This document shows, piece after piece, positions 10,382 through 20,328 of a stretch of DNA of 64,000 nucleotides. This stretch comes from an uncultured Pelagibacteraceae bacterium (GTDB lineage: Bacteria; Pseudomonadota; Alphaproteobacteria; Pelagibacterales; AG-422-B15), in contig CACEZK010000005.1 in assembly GCA_902564025.1 (NCBI GenBank), positions 562-64,561 of the forward strand, in the 5' to 3' direction. Numbering within the stretch: position 1 is the stretch's first letter; every line of letters starts with the position of its first letter. Below the pieces are notes generated by a model that saw only the letters and a list, made by a program, of their open reading frames with translations, had not been told where the DNA came from and ran no database searches. A program made the position numbers and the translations under genes.

Positions 10382-11321
10382 TTAATTCATCTAGTTTATT
10401 TATTTTGTCCTGGCCAATATCATATAAAATAGTTTGTGAAAGTGACTTTGCCATATTGAAATATTTATTTTTTTCATCTTTAATTTTCTTTGAAAATATT
10501 TTACTCCCATCATGATCAAAAATTTCGCACTTTACTGAAATCATGTTATCTGTAATTTTTGCATAAACCGAAATAGGACTGTTGCAATTAGCGTTAATAT
10601 TCTTTAGCACTTGCCTTTCAGTTAATGACTCAATTTCTGTTTCTTTATGACTTATCAGTTTAAATAATTTCTTTAAATTGTTACCGCGTTTTGACTGTAC
10701 TCCCACAGTTCCTTGACACGCCGCAGGAAGAAATTGTTCTTCATTTAGTTTTTCAGTTACGTGATCAAGTAACCCTATTCGTTTAAGACCTGCTAAGCTT
10801 AGAATGATTGCATCGTATCTATTATCTCTTAGTTTTTTTAAGCGAGTATCTACATTGCCTCTTAGCAACTTGATTTTAAGATCTTTTCTTAAGTTAAGGA
10901 TCTGAGCGCGTCTTCTAATTGAACTCGTTCCGATAACTGATCCAGATGGTAAGTCAAAAAAATTTTGACCTGAGTTTGATATTAAGGCTTCACGAGGATC
11001 CTCTCTCTTAAGCCAACAAATAATTTCAAGATCCTCGGTACTTTCTGCAGCTGGTACATCTTTCATAGAATGGACACCGACGTCAATCTTACAATCAATA
11101 ATGTGTTGCTCAATTTCCTTTATAAATAAACCTTTGCCGCCTATTCGATCAAGTCGCTGAGAATTATTAATATCGCCCTGTGTTTTAATAGTTTTAATAT
11201 CAAAAATGTTACCTCTTACACTGTCGGCAACGCTTATTAAATGATTGAGAAGTATATCTGTCTGTGCTCTTGAGAGCTTACTATCTCTGATACCAATTGA
11301 AATTTTATTTAAATTTGTCAT
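10356..11321 (-). CDS. hemC: hydroxymethylbilane synthase
   Basis: GGKGLFIKEIE, VHSMKDVP, GTSSIRR, LRGNVDTRL. Confidence 0.96.
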   Translation of the reverse strand: MTNLNKISIGIRDSKLSRAQTDILLNHLISVADSVRGNIFDIKTIKTQGDINNSQRLDRIGGKGLFIKEIEQHIIDCKIDVGVHSMKDVPAAESTEDLEIICWLKREDPREALISNSGQNFFDLPSGSVIGTSSIRRRAQILNLRKDLKIKLLRGNVDTRLKKLRDNRYDAIILSLAGLKRIGLLDHVTEKLNEEQFLPAACQGTVGVQSKRGNNLKKLFKLISHKETEIESLTERQVLKNINANCNSPISVYAKITDNMISVKCEIFDHDGSKIFSKKIKDEKNKYFNMAKSLSQTILYDIGQDKINKLDELNDFDYTPV

Positions 11322-11364
11322 AAATAATTATTCTTAAATGTATATATGATACATTATCCATAAT

Positions 11365-12447
11365 ATGACAAAAAAAATAATACGTGTATTAGGGATTGAG
11401 TCGAGTTGCGATGAAACATCGGTTTCTATAGTAGAAAAATCTGGTAATAAATTCAGAGTTCTATCAAATGTGGTAAAGTCTCAAATAGATATACATAAAT
11501 TATATGGGGGTGTTGTTCCAGAATTAGCGGCGCGCGCGCATTCCGACATAATAGATAAATTGATAATTAAGGCATTATCTGAAGCCGGTATGACTTTTAA
11601 GAAAATAGATGCAATATCCGCTACTGCTGGACCCGGTTTGCTTGGAGGTCTGCTGGTCGGAGTAGTTGCAGGAAAAACACTCGCACATTATTTAAACAAG
11701 CCATTTATCGCTGTTAATCATTTAGAGGGACATGCTCTGTCAATCAAACTTGAGACAGAAATCGAATACCCTTACTTATTGTTATTGGTTTCAGGGGGTC
11801 ATACTGAATTCACTATAATAAAGAACTTTAATAACTATAAACGAATAGGCACAACGATTGATGATGCATTGGGAGAGGCTTTTGATAAAACCGCCCGTAT
11901 CCTTAATCTAGGTTATCCAGGAGGGCCAGAAATTGAGAAATACGCTGCATTAGGTAATGAAAATAAATTTGAACTTCCTATGCCACTGATACATGAAAAA
12001 AATGCTCATTTTTCCTTTGCAGGTTTAAAATCCGCAGTTGCCAATATTGTTGCTGAAAATCGTTGTTCAGAAAGGTTTAAAAAAGACATGGCCGCTTCAT
12101 TCCAAGCAACAATAAATAAAATTATCTTAGCTAAAACAAGTAATGCAATTCATGAATATAGGTCCTTTGTCAAATCTAAAAAAAATTTAAAAATTGTAGT
12201 TGCTGGGGGAGTTGCTGCAAATAAAAGTATTCGCAAATCACTCGCAAAACTTGAGAATAAAGAAGCTTGTGAATTTTTATTTCCTTCAATTAAATATTGT
12301 ACTGATAACGGAGCAATGATTGCTCTTGCTGGAATTGAAAGATTTGAAAGAAATAAATTTAATAAATTAAATTTCAAACCACGGCCAAGATGGCCACTTG
12401 ATAAAAATGCTATCTTCATGAAGGGTAAAAGAGCTGTTGAAGGATAA
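11365..12447 (+). CDS. tsaD: tRNA N6-threonylcarbamoyltransferase
   Basis: LGIESSCDET, GGVVPELAARAH, NHLEGH, LLVSGGHT, CTDNGAMIA. Confidence 0.97.
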   Translation: MTKKIIRVLGIESSCDETSVSIVEKSGNKFRVLSNVVKSQIDIHKLYGGVVPELAARAHSDIIDKLIIKALSEAGMTFKKIDAISATAGPGLLGGLLVGVVAGKTLAHYLNKPFIAVNHLEGHALSIKLETEIEYPYLLLLVSGGHTEFTIIKNFNNYKRIGTTIDDALGEAFDKTARILNLGYPGGPEIEKYAALGNENKFELPMPLIHEKNAHFSFAGLKSAVANIVAENRCSERFKKDMAASFQATINKIILAKTSNAIHEYRSFVKSKKNLKIVVAGGVAANKSIRKSLAKLENKEACEFLFPSIKYCTDNGAMIALAGIERFERNKFNKLNFKPRPRWPLDKNAIFMKGKRAVEG

Positions 12448-13435
12448 AACATTGTATAAAATTGGTATAATTGGTGGAGGGGCATGGGGAACTGCATTAG
12501 CGAACATCATCGCAAAAAAAGAAAAAGTTATTTTGTGGGCAAAGGAAAAAAGTGTTTGTGATAATATCAATAAGCTTTCTGAAAATAAAAGATATCTTCC
12601 AAAAATTAAATTAAATAAAAAAATAATATGTACGACGTCAATTGTTGATGTTGCTGAGTGTGAAATATTGTTTTTGGTTTCGCCTGTTCAATATTTATCG
12701 ACTAACTTACTAAAACTAAAAAAAATTATAAGGACAAAAACAATATTCGTTTGCTGTTCTAAAGGTATCGAAATGAATAGCTTGAAACTACCTAGTGAAA
12801 TAGTGTCCTCTGTATTTCCAAAAAATAAAATCGCTGTTATCTCAGGTCCGAATTTTGCAACTGAAATTGCAAAAGGGCTACCAGCTGCTACTGTAGTCGC
12901 TTCAAAGAGTGATTTAGCTGCAAACAAAATTGCTCAAATTATAAAGTCCCCAACATTGAGGCCTTACTTGTCAGATGATATTGTTGGATCACAAATTGCG
13001 GGAGCTCTAAAAAATATTTATGCAATTGCCAGTGGCATTGTGTTTGGAAAAAAATATGGTGAAAATGCAGTAGCATCGATTATATCAAGAAGTTTTGCTG
13101 AAATAAAAATTGTAGCCGAATCTATGAATGCAAAAAAAAGTACACTTGCTGGGTTATCTGGTATGGGCGACTTGTTTCTTACGTGTTCATCAAAGGAGTC
13201 TAGGAATTTTTCTTTAGGAATTGATCTTGCAAAAGGCAAAACACTTAATCAAATCATTGAAAAAAAGTTTTCAGTAGCTGAGGGAGTATTCACTGTTAGA
13301 GCATTAAAAAAACTATCAATTGAAAAAAAATTGGATTTGCCAATCAATGACGCTATTTACAAAGTTTTATACCGAAAGAAAAATATTGATGTTACAATTC
13401 AAGAACTTTTGAATAGACCAATCACAAAGGAATAA
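12437..13435 (+). CDS. gpsA: NAD(P)H-dependent glycerol-3-phosphate dehydrogenase
   Basis: GGGAWGTALA, SGPNFA, GALKNIYAIA, GLSGMGDLFLTC; tsaD-gpsA synteny. Confidence 0.96.
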   Translation: MKDKTLYKIGIIGGGAWGTALANIIAKKEKVILWAKEKSVCDNINKLSENKRYLPKIKLNKKIICTTSIVDVAECEILFLVSPVQYLSTNLLKLKKIIRTKTIFVCCSKGIEMNSLKLPSEIVSSVFPKNKIAVISGPNFATEIAKGLPAATVVASKSDLAANKIAQIIKSPTLRPYLSDDIVGSQIAGALKNIYAIASGIVFGKKYGENAVASIISRSFAEIKIVAESMNAKKSTLAGLSGMGDLFLTCSSKESRNFSLGIDLAKGKTLNQIIEKKFSVAEGVFTVRALKKLSIEKKLDLPINDAIYKVLYRKKNIDVTIQELLNRPITKE

Positions 13436-13436
13436 A

Positions 13437-13853
13437 ATGAACTACTGGTTAATGAAATCTGAACCTGAAACATGGTCATGGGAAGAGCAAGTAAAAGCTG
13501 GCAGTAAAGGTGAGGGCTGGGATGGTGTGAGAAATTATCAAGCATCCAACAATATGAAAAAAATGGAGAAAGGTGATCTTTGTTTTTTTTATCACTCGGT
13601 CAAGGAAAGGGATATTGTTGGTATAGTAAAAGTCGTTAAGAAATATCATCCTGATCCTACAGATAAATCAAAACGCTTTGGAATGGTATCAGTGGCAGCT
13701 GTGAAAGCCCTTAAAAATAAAGTAAACCTGTCTCAAATAAAAGCGCATCCAAAACTTAATCAATTAGCCTTGGTGAAACAGTCGCGCCTCTCGGTTATGC
13801 CAATTGATAAAAAGTCATGGACAATTATTTGCAATCTCGGTGGTATCAAATAA
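13437..13853 (+). CDS. EVE domain-containing protein
   Basis: YWLMKSEP, WDGVRNYQA, FFYHS, RLSVMP. Confidence 0.93.
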   Translation: MNYWLMKSEPETWSWEEQVKAGSKGEGWDGVRNYQASNNMKKMEKGDLCFFYHSVKERDIVGIVKVVKKYHPDPTDKSKRFGMVSVAAVKALKNKVNLSQIKAHPKLNQLALVKQSRLSVMPIDKKSWTIICNLGGIK

Positions 13854-13865
13854 GATAATTTCCAT

Positions 13866-15806
13866 ATGAGTGAAAATGAAAAATTTGAAGTGAGCAGTGA
13901 ATGGTCTGCAGAAGCTCAGGTAAATTCCGCTAAATATAATGAGTGGTACGAAAATTCGCTCAATAACAATGAAGAATTTTGGAATGAGCAAGGTAAAAGA
14001 ATTGATTGGATTAAACCATATACAAAAGTAAAAGACGTTTCTTACAACAAAGATAATTTCTCAATCAAGTGGTACTACGACGGTACACTCAACGCATCAA
14101 GCAACTGTATTGATAGGCATTTAAAAGATAAAGCAGATCAAACCGCAATCATTTGGGAAGGCGATGATCCAGCAGACTCAAAACACATTACATATAAAGA
14201 ATTGCACAGTGAAGTATCCAAACTTGCTAATGGCATGAAAACCCTTGGTGTTAAAAAAGGTGATCGGGTAACTATTTATATGCCCATGATTCCTGAAGCG
14301 GCTTACGCAATGTTAGCGTGTACGAGGATCGGAGCAATTCACTCAGTTGTATTCGGAGGCTTTTCTCCAGACTCGTTAGCCGGAAGAATAGGTGATTGTA
14401 AATCAGATATTGTGATTACAGCGGATGAAGGCGTAAGAGGGGGCAAAGCAATTCCATTAAAGAAAAACACAGATGAAGCAATTTCGATTTCAGGTGGAGT
14501 TCGTCATTGTATTGTTGTTAAAAGAACAGGTGAAGATATTGGTTGGGTCGACGATAGAGATGTTTGGTATCACGAACTAACTGAAAAAGAATCTGATGAT
14601 TGTCCACCTGAGGAAATGTCAGCAGAAGATCCTCTCTTTATATTGTATACATCTGGATCAACTGGCAAACCAAAAGGAGTTATGCACACCACTGGCGGTT
14701 ATATGGTTTACGCCTCGATGACACATCAATATGTCTTTGATTATAAAGAGAGTGACGTTTATTGGTGCACGGCAGATGTGGGTTGGGTTACAGGGCACAG
14801 TTACATTGTATATGGTCCATTAGCGAATGGTGCCATCACGGTCATGTTTGAAGGTGTTCCAAACTATCCAAGCGCCTCTAGATTTTGGGAAGTGGTCGAT
14901 AAACATAAGATTAATATTTTCTACACCGCACCAACAGCAATTAGAGCATTGATGCGGGAAGGCGAAGATCCTGTAAAAAAAACAAGCAGGTCATCACTTA
15001 AATTACTTGGGACTGTTGGTGAGCCAATTAATCCAGAAGCGTGGATGTGGTATTATAATGTTGTTGGTGACAAAAAATGTCCGATTGTTGATACATGGTG
15101 GCAAACTGAAACCGGAGGTATTTTAATCACTCCTCTGCCTGGTGCAATTGCACAGAAACCAGGATCAGCAACAAAACCTTTCTTTGGAGTAAAGCCCGAA
15201 ATTTTAGATGCTGAAGGAAATATTCTTGAAGGCGCCTGTGAAGGTTCTCTTTGTTTAGCAGACTCTTGGCCTGGGCAAATGAGAACAGTTTACGGAGATC
15301 ATAAAAGATTTATTGAAACCTATTTTTCTCAATTTGATGGAAAATATTTTACAGGTGATGGTTGCAGGAGAGATGAAGACGGCTATTACTGGATCACTGG
15401 AAGAGTTGATGATGTAATAAACGTATCAGGTCACAGAATGGGAACAGCAGAAGTTGAGTCTGCATTAGTTGCCCATCCTAAAGTCAGTGAAGCCGCAGTT
15501 GTTGGTTACCCTCATGATATTAAAGGGCAAGGTATCTATGCATACGTTACGCTCAATGCGGGTGAAGAAACATCAGACGAATTATATAAAGAACTTGTTG
15601 CCTGGGTTCGAAAAGAAATTGGCCCAATCGCATCACCTGATTTAATACAATGGGCACCCGGACTTCCAAAAACTCGATCAGGAAAAATTATGAGAAGAAT
15701 TTTACGAAAAATTGCTGAAAATGATTACAGTAATTTAGGAGACACATCTACATTAGCAGAACCCGCTGTGGTAAATGATCTTGTTGAAAATCGAATGAAT
15801 AAGTAG
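13866..15806 (+). CDS. acs: acetyl-CoA synthetase
   Basis: [43 protein letters not shown]. Confidence 0.97.
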   Translation: MSENEKFEVSSEWSAEAQVNSAKYNEWYENSLNNNEEFWNEQGKRIDWIKPYTKVKDVSYNKDNFSIKWYYDGTLNASSNCIDRHLKDKADQTAIIWEGDDPADSKHITYKELHSEVSKLANGMKTLGVKKGDRVTIYMPMIPEAAYAMLACTRIGAIHSVVFGGFSPDSLAGRIGDCKSDIVITADEGVRGGKAIPLKKNTDEAISISGGVRHCIVVKRTGEDIGWVDDRDVWYHELTEKESDDCPPEEMSAEDPLFILYTSGSTGKPKGVMHTTGGYMVYASMTHQYVFDYKESDVYWCTADVGWVTGHSYIVYGPLANGAITVMFEGVPNYPSASRFWEVVDKHKINIFYTAPTAIRALMREGEDPVKKTSRSSLKLLGTVGEPINPEAWMWYYNVVGDKKCPIVDTWWQTETGGILITPLPGAIAQKPGSATKPFFGVKPEILDAEGNILEGACEGSLCLADSWPGQMRTVYGDHKRFIETYFSQFDGKYFTGDGCRRDEDGYYWITGRVDDVINVSGHRMGTAEVESALVAHPKVSEAAVVGYPHDIKGQGIYAYVTLNAGEETSDELYKELVAWVRKEIGPIASPDLIQWAPGLPKTRSGKIMRRILRKIAENDYSNLGDTSTLAEPAVVNDLVENRMNK

Positions 15807-15812
15807 TTTCTT

Positions 15813-16229
15813 GTGAGTGATAAAAGTATCGTTAAAGCTTTAATCGAAAAACACAAAATGACTCCCCATCCAGAGGGAGGTCATTATGTTGAAATTTTTA
15901 GAAATGATGATGTCACTCATATATATTTTTTACTTGAAGAACACGAGAACTCCCACTGGCACAAAATAACAAAAACTGAAACTTTGCATTTTTATTCAGG
16001 CAGTCCTCTAAACATATACACATCAAAAGACGGTGAGGAATACCAAGTTAATGAGATAGGATCTAATAATAATTTTATGTACACTGTAGAAAAAGGAACT
16101 TGGTTTGCCCTGAAATCTACAGGAGCATATAGCTTGATTGGGTGTACGGTTGCACCCGCTTTTGAATTTGAGGATTTAGAACTGGCTCCAAAGGATTGGA
16201 AGCCATCTAAATTTAATCATAAACTTTGA
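15813..16229 (+). CDS. cupin, DUF985 (Cupin_5) family
   Basis: PHPEGGHY, IYFLL, SHWH, GCTVAPAFEF. Confidence 0.88.
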   Translation: MSDKSIVKALIEKHKMTPHPEGGHYVEIFRNDDVTHIYFLLEEHENSHWHKITKTETLHFYSGSPLNIYTSKDGEEYQVNEIGSNNNFMYTVEKGTWFALKSTGAYSLIGCTVAPAFEFEDLELAPKDWKPSKFNHKL

Positions 16230-16254
16230 TTTCAAATCAATTGGTCGGTATACT
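16226..16254 (+). promoter_or_regulatory. sigma70-like promoter overlapped by the palindrome TTGATTT-C-AAATCAA
   Basis: TTGATT(16226)-17 nt-TATACT(16249); palindrome at 16226-16240. Confidence 0.55.
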
Positions 16255-16286
16255 TTCTTATTGTTAAAAAAAGTATGGAGTAATAA

Positions 16287-16559
16287 ATGTTTGTATCTTT
16301 TACCGATTGGGAATTTGACGGAAATATTGAAAATGCCGTTGAAAATATGAAAGGTTTTTGGCCTGAGATGAAAAAGCACGGAGCAACTAATATGCGTGCA
16401 ACAGTCACGGGAGAAAAAACACTTAGAACGATGACCATCTGGAGCAGTAAAGAACAGCTGGAAGCCAATATCGATGAAATTAGAGCAGCCGCTAGTAAAG
16501 CTGTGGGCATGACCACAACAGGGGGAATGATGGGTACAGTCGCAGTCGAGCTTGACTGA
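16287..16559 (+). CDS. small hypothetical protein, possibly dimeric alpha/beta-barrel (ABM-like) fold
   Basis: GGAG RBS, own promoter and terminator; TMTIWSSKEQL pattern resembles the ABM-like W-x-S motif. Confidence 0.7.
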   Translation: MFVSFTDWEFDGNIENAVENMKGFWPEMKKHGATNMRATVTGEKTLRTMTIWSSKEQLEANIDEIRAAASKAVGMTTTGGMMGTVAVELD

Positions 16560-16569
16560 TTAATTCATG

Positions 16570-16594
16570 AGGGGGTTGAGAAATCAACCCACTC
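16570..16594. terminator. hairpin between convergent genes
   Basis: GAGGGGGTTGA-GAAA-TCAACCCACTC imperfect stem. Confidence 0.6.
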
Positions 16595-16602
16595 AATTAA
16601 AT

Positions 16603-16758
16603 CTAAAAATCTGAAGTAATACCTTTTTTTTCCCAGTCTCCAAAACGGGTTGGCTCTGGACCATCTGCACCGCCTATTTCTTTTCTCTTTTTAGGCAGTT
16701 TGGATTCCGTTTTGTTGTCTTCTTTGTCTTCAATAGCTTCTGTTTTTTTATCGCTCAT
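16603..16758 (-). CDS. DUF1674 / SDHAF4-like small protein, 51 aa (absent from ORF track)
   Basis: Translates MSDKKTE...KEIGGADGPEPTRFGDWEKKGITSDF*; GGxxGPEPTRxGDWExKG is the DUF1674 signature. Confidence 0.92.
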   Translation of the reverse strand: MSDKKTEAIEDKEDNKTESKLPKKRKEIGGADGPEPTRFGDWEKKGITSDF

Positions 16759-16855
16759 ATATATAATGTAATCTCTATTTATCGCTAATCAAAGTATGAA
16801 AATAGTGGGAAACAACAAACCTTTCTGTTATACAAAGAAATAATGCTTCACAATA

Positions 16856-17512
16856 ATGTCGGTTAAAATATCACCTTCTATACTAGCATCAGACTTTTCA
16901 TCATTAGGAGATGAGGTCGTTAATATCACTCAAGCTGGGGCTGACTACATACACGTAGATGTAATGGATGGACACTTTGTTCCTAATCTCACAATTGGTC
17001 CAGATGTTGTTAAATCTATAAGGGATAAATCTTCATTGCCGTTTGATGTTCATTTAATGATTGATCCTGTGCTACCTTATATTGAAAAGTTTGTTGAAGC
17101 TGGAGCAGATATTGTTTCAGTTCACCCAGAGGCAAAAGATGATACAGAGGCATGTTTGAATAAAATTAAATCATTAAATGTAAAATCGGGACTTGCAATC
17201 AACCCAGATACTGAATGGGAAGTCGTTAAACCTTTTATGGATAAACTTGATCTCATTTTAGTAATGAGTGTTCATCCTGGTTTTGGCGGTCAGAAATTTA
17301 TTCCAACAGCTCTCGATAAATTATCCAATCTTCGAGAAGAAATTAATAAGTCTGGTAAAGAAATTCATTTAGAAGTTGATGGAGGAATTAATTTTGAAAA
17401 TGTTCAATCAGTAATTGATGCTGGGGCCGATATGATTGTTGCAGGTACCACAACCTTTAAAGGTGGCCCAAGTGAGTATGCAAATAATATTGAAAAACTA
17501 AGGGGCCATTAA
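16856..17512 (+). CDS. rpe: ribulose-phosphate 3-epimerase
   Basis: SPSILASDF, HVDVMDGHFVPNLT, DVHLM, MSVHPGFGGQ, EVDGG. Confidence 0.97.
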   Translation: MSVKISPSILASDFSSLGDEVVNITQAGADYIHVDVMDGHFVPNLTIGPDVVKSIRDKSSLPFDVHLMIDPVLPYIEKFVEAGADIVSVHPEAKDDTEACLNKIKSLNVKSGLAINPDTEWEVVKPFMDKLDLILVMSVHPGFGGQKFIPTALDKLSNLREEINKSGKEIHLEVDGGINFENVQSVIDAGADMIVAGTTTFKGGPSEYANNIEKLRGH

Positions 17513-17513
17513 A

Positions 17514-19079
17514 TTGGATATTAAAATTAAAACCGCGCTGATATCTGTTTCAGATAAATCAGGTTTAGATAAAGTTGTTCAATCACTCAAAGAACATAAT
17601 ATTAAAATAGTTTCAACAGGTGGTACGGCAAAAGCAATTGCGGACATGGATGTTGATGTGACGGATGTATCAACTTTAACTAATTTCCCAGAAATGATGG
17701 ACGGACGTGTTAAAACTTTACACCCAAATGTACATGGGGGATTGCTTTCAAAAAGAGACGACAAGAAACATGTGCAGTCTCAAGAGGATTATGGAATAGA
17801 AGATATTGACTTAATAATTGTAAATCTTTACCCCTTTGAAGAAACAGTAAAATCAGAGGAAAATGAGGAAATTTGTATAGAAAATATTGATATTGGTGGT
17901 CCGGCAATGTTGCGATCAGCAGCTAAAAATCATCAATTTGTCACAGTAGTTACTGATATTAGCGATTACGATGAGCTCATTAATGAGATCAATAAAAACA
18001 ATGGTTCAACAACTTTGGAGTTTAGAAAGACTCTTGCTGCAAAAACATTTTCAACAACTGCTTATTACGATTCTTTAATCAGCAATTGGTTTTATAGAAA
18101 TACAAACAAACCAATTAATAAGTTTTCAACAGCTGCTGAATTATCTTCTATACTTCGCTACGGTGAAAACCCTCATCAGTCTGCAAGTCTTTATAAGTCG
18201 TCCTTGCAGCGATCAGGGATACCACATGCAAAATTACTTCAAGGAAAAGAATTGAGTTATAACAATATTAATGATGCTGACGCAGCATTACAATTAATCA
18301 AAGAATTTGACGAAGACACTCCTAGTGTTGCAATTATTAAACATGCGAACCCTTGTGGTGTTGCTAGTAGTAGTTCACTTTGTGAAGCGTATATGAAAGC
18401 ATTTTCGTGTGATACAACCAGCGCGTTTGGAGGTGTCATTGCACTTAACCAAACAATCGATAAAGACACAGCCTATGAAATTATAAAAATATTCACTGAA
18501 GTTATTATAGCGCCCGATGTTAGTGATGAAGCTAAAGAAATATTTAAATCGAAAAACAATTTACGAGTTCTAACTTTATCGTCAATACACAATGATAATA
18601 ATTCTCAAAACTACAAAAGTATCGAAGGAGGAATTTTAGTTCAATCAAATGATGAAGCAAATACGACCAAATCTGATCTTAAAGTAGTTACAGAAAAAAA
18701 ACCAAGTGATGATGAAATTGATGATATGTTGTTTGCATTTAAAGTTTGTAAACATGTAAAATCGAATGCAATCATTTATGTCAAAAATAAAAAAACAATT
18801 GGTATTGGTGCAGGACAAATGAGTAGAGTGGATAGCGCTAAAATTGCCTCACAAAAAAATAGTGAAATGAAAAAATCTGATGAAAATTCTCTCGAAAATT
18901 CAGTGGTCGCATCAGATGCATTCTTTCCCTTTGCTGATGGCTTGCTAGTTACAATTTCTTATGGGGCTAAAGCGGTAATTCAACCCGGCGGATCAGTAAA
19001 AGATAATGAAGTAATTGATGCAGCTAATAATGCAGGAATCTCTATGGTGTTCACTGGAGTACGACATTTTAGACATTAA
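17514..19079 (+). CDS. purH: bifunctional AICAR transformylase/IMP cyclohydrolase
   Basis: ALISVSDK, GRVKTLHP, IDIGGP, LRYGENPHQ, ASDAFFPF, GVRHFRH. Confidence 0.97.
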   Translation: MDIKIKTALISVSDKSGLDKVVQSLKEHNIKIVSTGGTAKAIADMDVDVTDVSTLTNFPEMMDGRVKTLHPNVHGGLLSKRDDKKHVQSQEDYGIEDIDLIIVNLYPFEETVKSEENEEICIENIDIGGPAMLRSAAKNHQFVTVVTDISDYDELINEINKNNGSTTLEFRKTLAAKTFSTTAYYDSLISNWFYRNTNKPINKFSTAAELSSILRYGENPHQSASLYKSSLQRSGIPHAKLLQGKELSYNNINDADAALQLIKEFDEDTPSVAIIKHANPCGVASSSSLCEAYMKAFSCDTTSAFGGVIALNQTIDKDTAYEIIKIFTEVIIAPDVSDEAKEIFKSKNNLRVLTLSSIHNDNNSQNYKSIEGGILVQSNDEANTTKSDLKVVTEKKPSDDEIDDMLFAFKVCKHVKSNAIIYVKNKKTIGIGAGQMSRVDSAKIASQKNSEMKKSDENSLENSVVASDAFFPFADGLLVTISYGAKAVIQPGGSVKDNEVIDAANNAGISMVFTGVRHFRH

Positions 19080-19825
19080 AAATTAATGTAAAAATAGTCT
19101 CTTAGTCTTTTGTCATGAGTGTACTTACCCTCTTTAAGTAGTTTAAAATTACTACTCTCAAGAAATGATGAAATTATTGGATAATTCCTGTTAAATATTT
19201 CAATTTGCATAAAGACTTTGTTATTTGTAATTAATTCAATTAAACCATTTAGCACTTCTAATTCATATTCCTCTACATCAATCTTTATTGCAATTATTTG
19301 ATCTTTAAGTTTTATTAAATCATCCCCTTTTTTCTGCCTGACTGTAAATTGTCCTTTATCACTTATTCTCGCTCCGCCTGACTGACTTGTATCGAATCGA
19401 TTAAGAGTAAATAACTTTGCTTCTCCATCTTCATTTGCTAACGCATAAGGATAAGCAGTTATTCTCTCAGAAAAATTATTTTTTTTAATGGCCATTTCCA
19501 TTCTATTGAAAGCATCTTTATGTGGTTCAAAAGCAATAACTTTTAAATCAGGAAATTGTTCTGAAATTGACATTGCGTAAACACCTATATTGGAACCAAT
19601 ATCAATAAAGTAGTTTATGTTAAATTTAAAAATTGAATCTTTTAAATATGAAACTTGTTCATCTTCGTAATATCCATTGAAATAAATTTCCCTATCTATC
19701 GAATCCTTAAGATCTAAAAAAAGAAATATATTATTTAATTTATAAAAAAATTTTTCTTTTTTCGTCAAAAATAAAAATCTTCTTAAAATACTTTTTCTTA
19801 ATTTATAAATTTTTCTTATAAACAT
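19076..19825 (-). CDS. FkbM family SAM methyltransferase
   Basis: IDIGSNIG, AFEP, IKIDVEEYELEVL; start moved to MFIRK ATG at 19825. Confidence 0.88.
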   Translation of the reverse strand: MFIRKIYKLRKSILRRFLFLTKKEKFFYKLNNIFLFLDLKDSIDREIYFNGYYEDEQVSYLKDSIFKFNINYFIDIGSNIGVYAMSISEQFPDLKVIAFEPHKDAFNRMEMAIKKNNFSERITAYPYALANEDGEAKLFTLNRFDTSQSGGARISDKGQFTVRQKKGDDLIKLKDQIIAIKIDVEEYELEVLNGLIELITNNKVFMQIEIFNRNYPIISSFLESSNFKLLKEGKYTHDKRLRDYFYINF

Positions 19826-19836
19826 TAATAATCTAT

Positions 19837-20328
19837 TTAAATACGCTTTTTTATTATTCCATAAATCAGAACTGATATTGTTATTACAATGGCAATCCAC
19901 TTAAATGAAGTAGTCATGCTAGAAAAATAAACATGTGTTTCATTAATATTTGGGAAGTTTAAAATGAGTCTTGTAATTTGAAGATTCTCTAAGATATCAA
20001 AGCTAAATGCTGTTAACGGCAAAAATAAAATTAATTGGGAACTTTTATATAATTTGACATAGGCTCCAATAAATAACGAAGTATATAAAATGGGATATAG
20101 CGTATCCAGTATAAGTGATGAGAGAATATAGATATTTTGACCATCAGTACCTATTGCATCTAAGTTTTTGACAACATCTTCTTTGCCATAAAACAGTTCA
20201 AGATCGAGCATGTTAGAAAAAATATTATGAGGGAGAAAAATAAAAATAAGCCCGCAAATATTGAGAAGTACAAATATGGTAATTTGAGATTTGGTAGAAG
20301 AGACAAAATTAAAATATTTACTAATCAT
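19837..20328 (-). CDS. hypothetical multi-pass membrane protein
   Basis: About 4 hydrophobic segments, LDTLYP and FDILEN motifs; ATG at 20328 overlaps the MFS stop. Confidence 0.7.
   Translation of the reverse strand: MISKYFNFVSSTKSQITIFVLLNICGLIFIFLPHNIFSNMLDLELFYGKEDVVKNLDAIGTDGQNIYILSSLILDTLYPILYTSLFIGAYVKLYKSSQLILFLPLTAFSFDILENLQITRLILNFPNINETHVYFSSMTTSFKWIAIVITISVLIYGIIKKRI

Noticed and set aside
16226-16240. FNR/FixK box
   Set aside because: Spacing is N5, not the required TTGAT-N4-ATCAA; kept only as an unassigned palindrome
16232-16516. 94-aa antisense ORF over the 90-aa plus-strand gene
   Set aside because: The plus-strand ORF has the promoter, RBS and terminator; this frame has none
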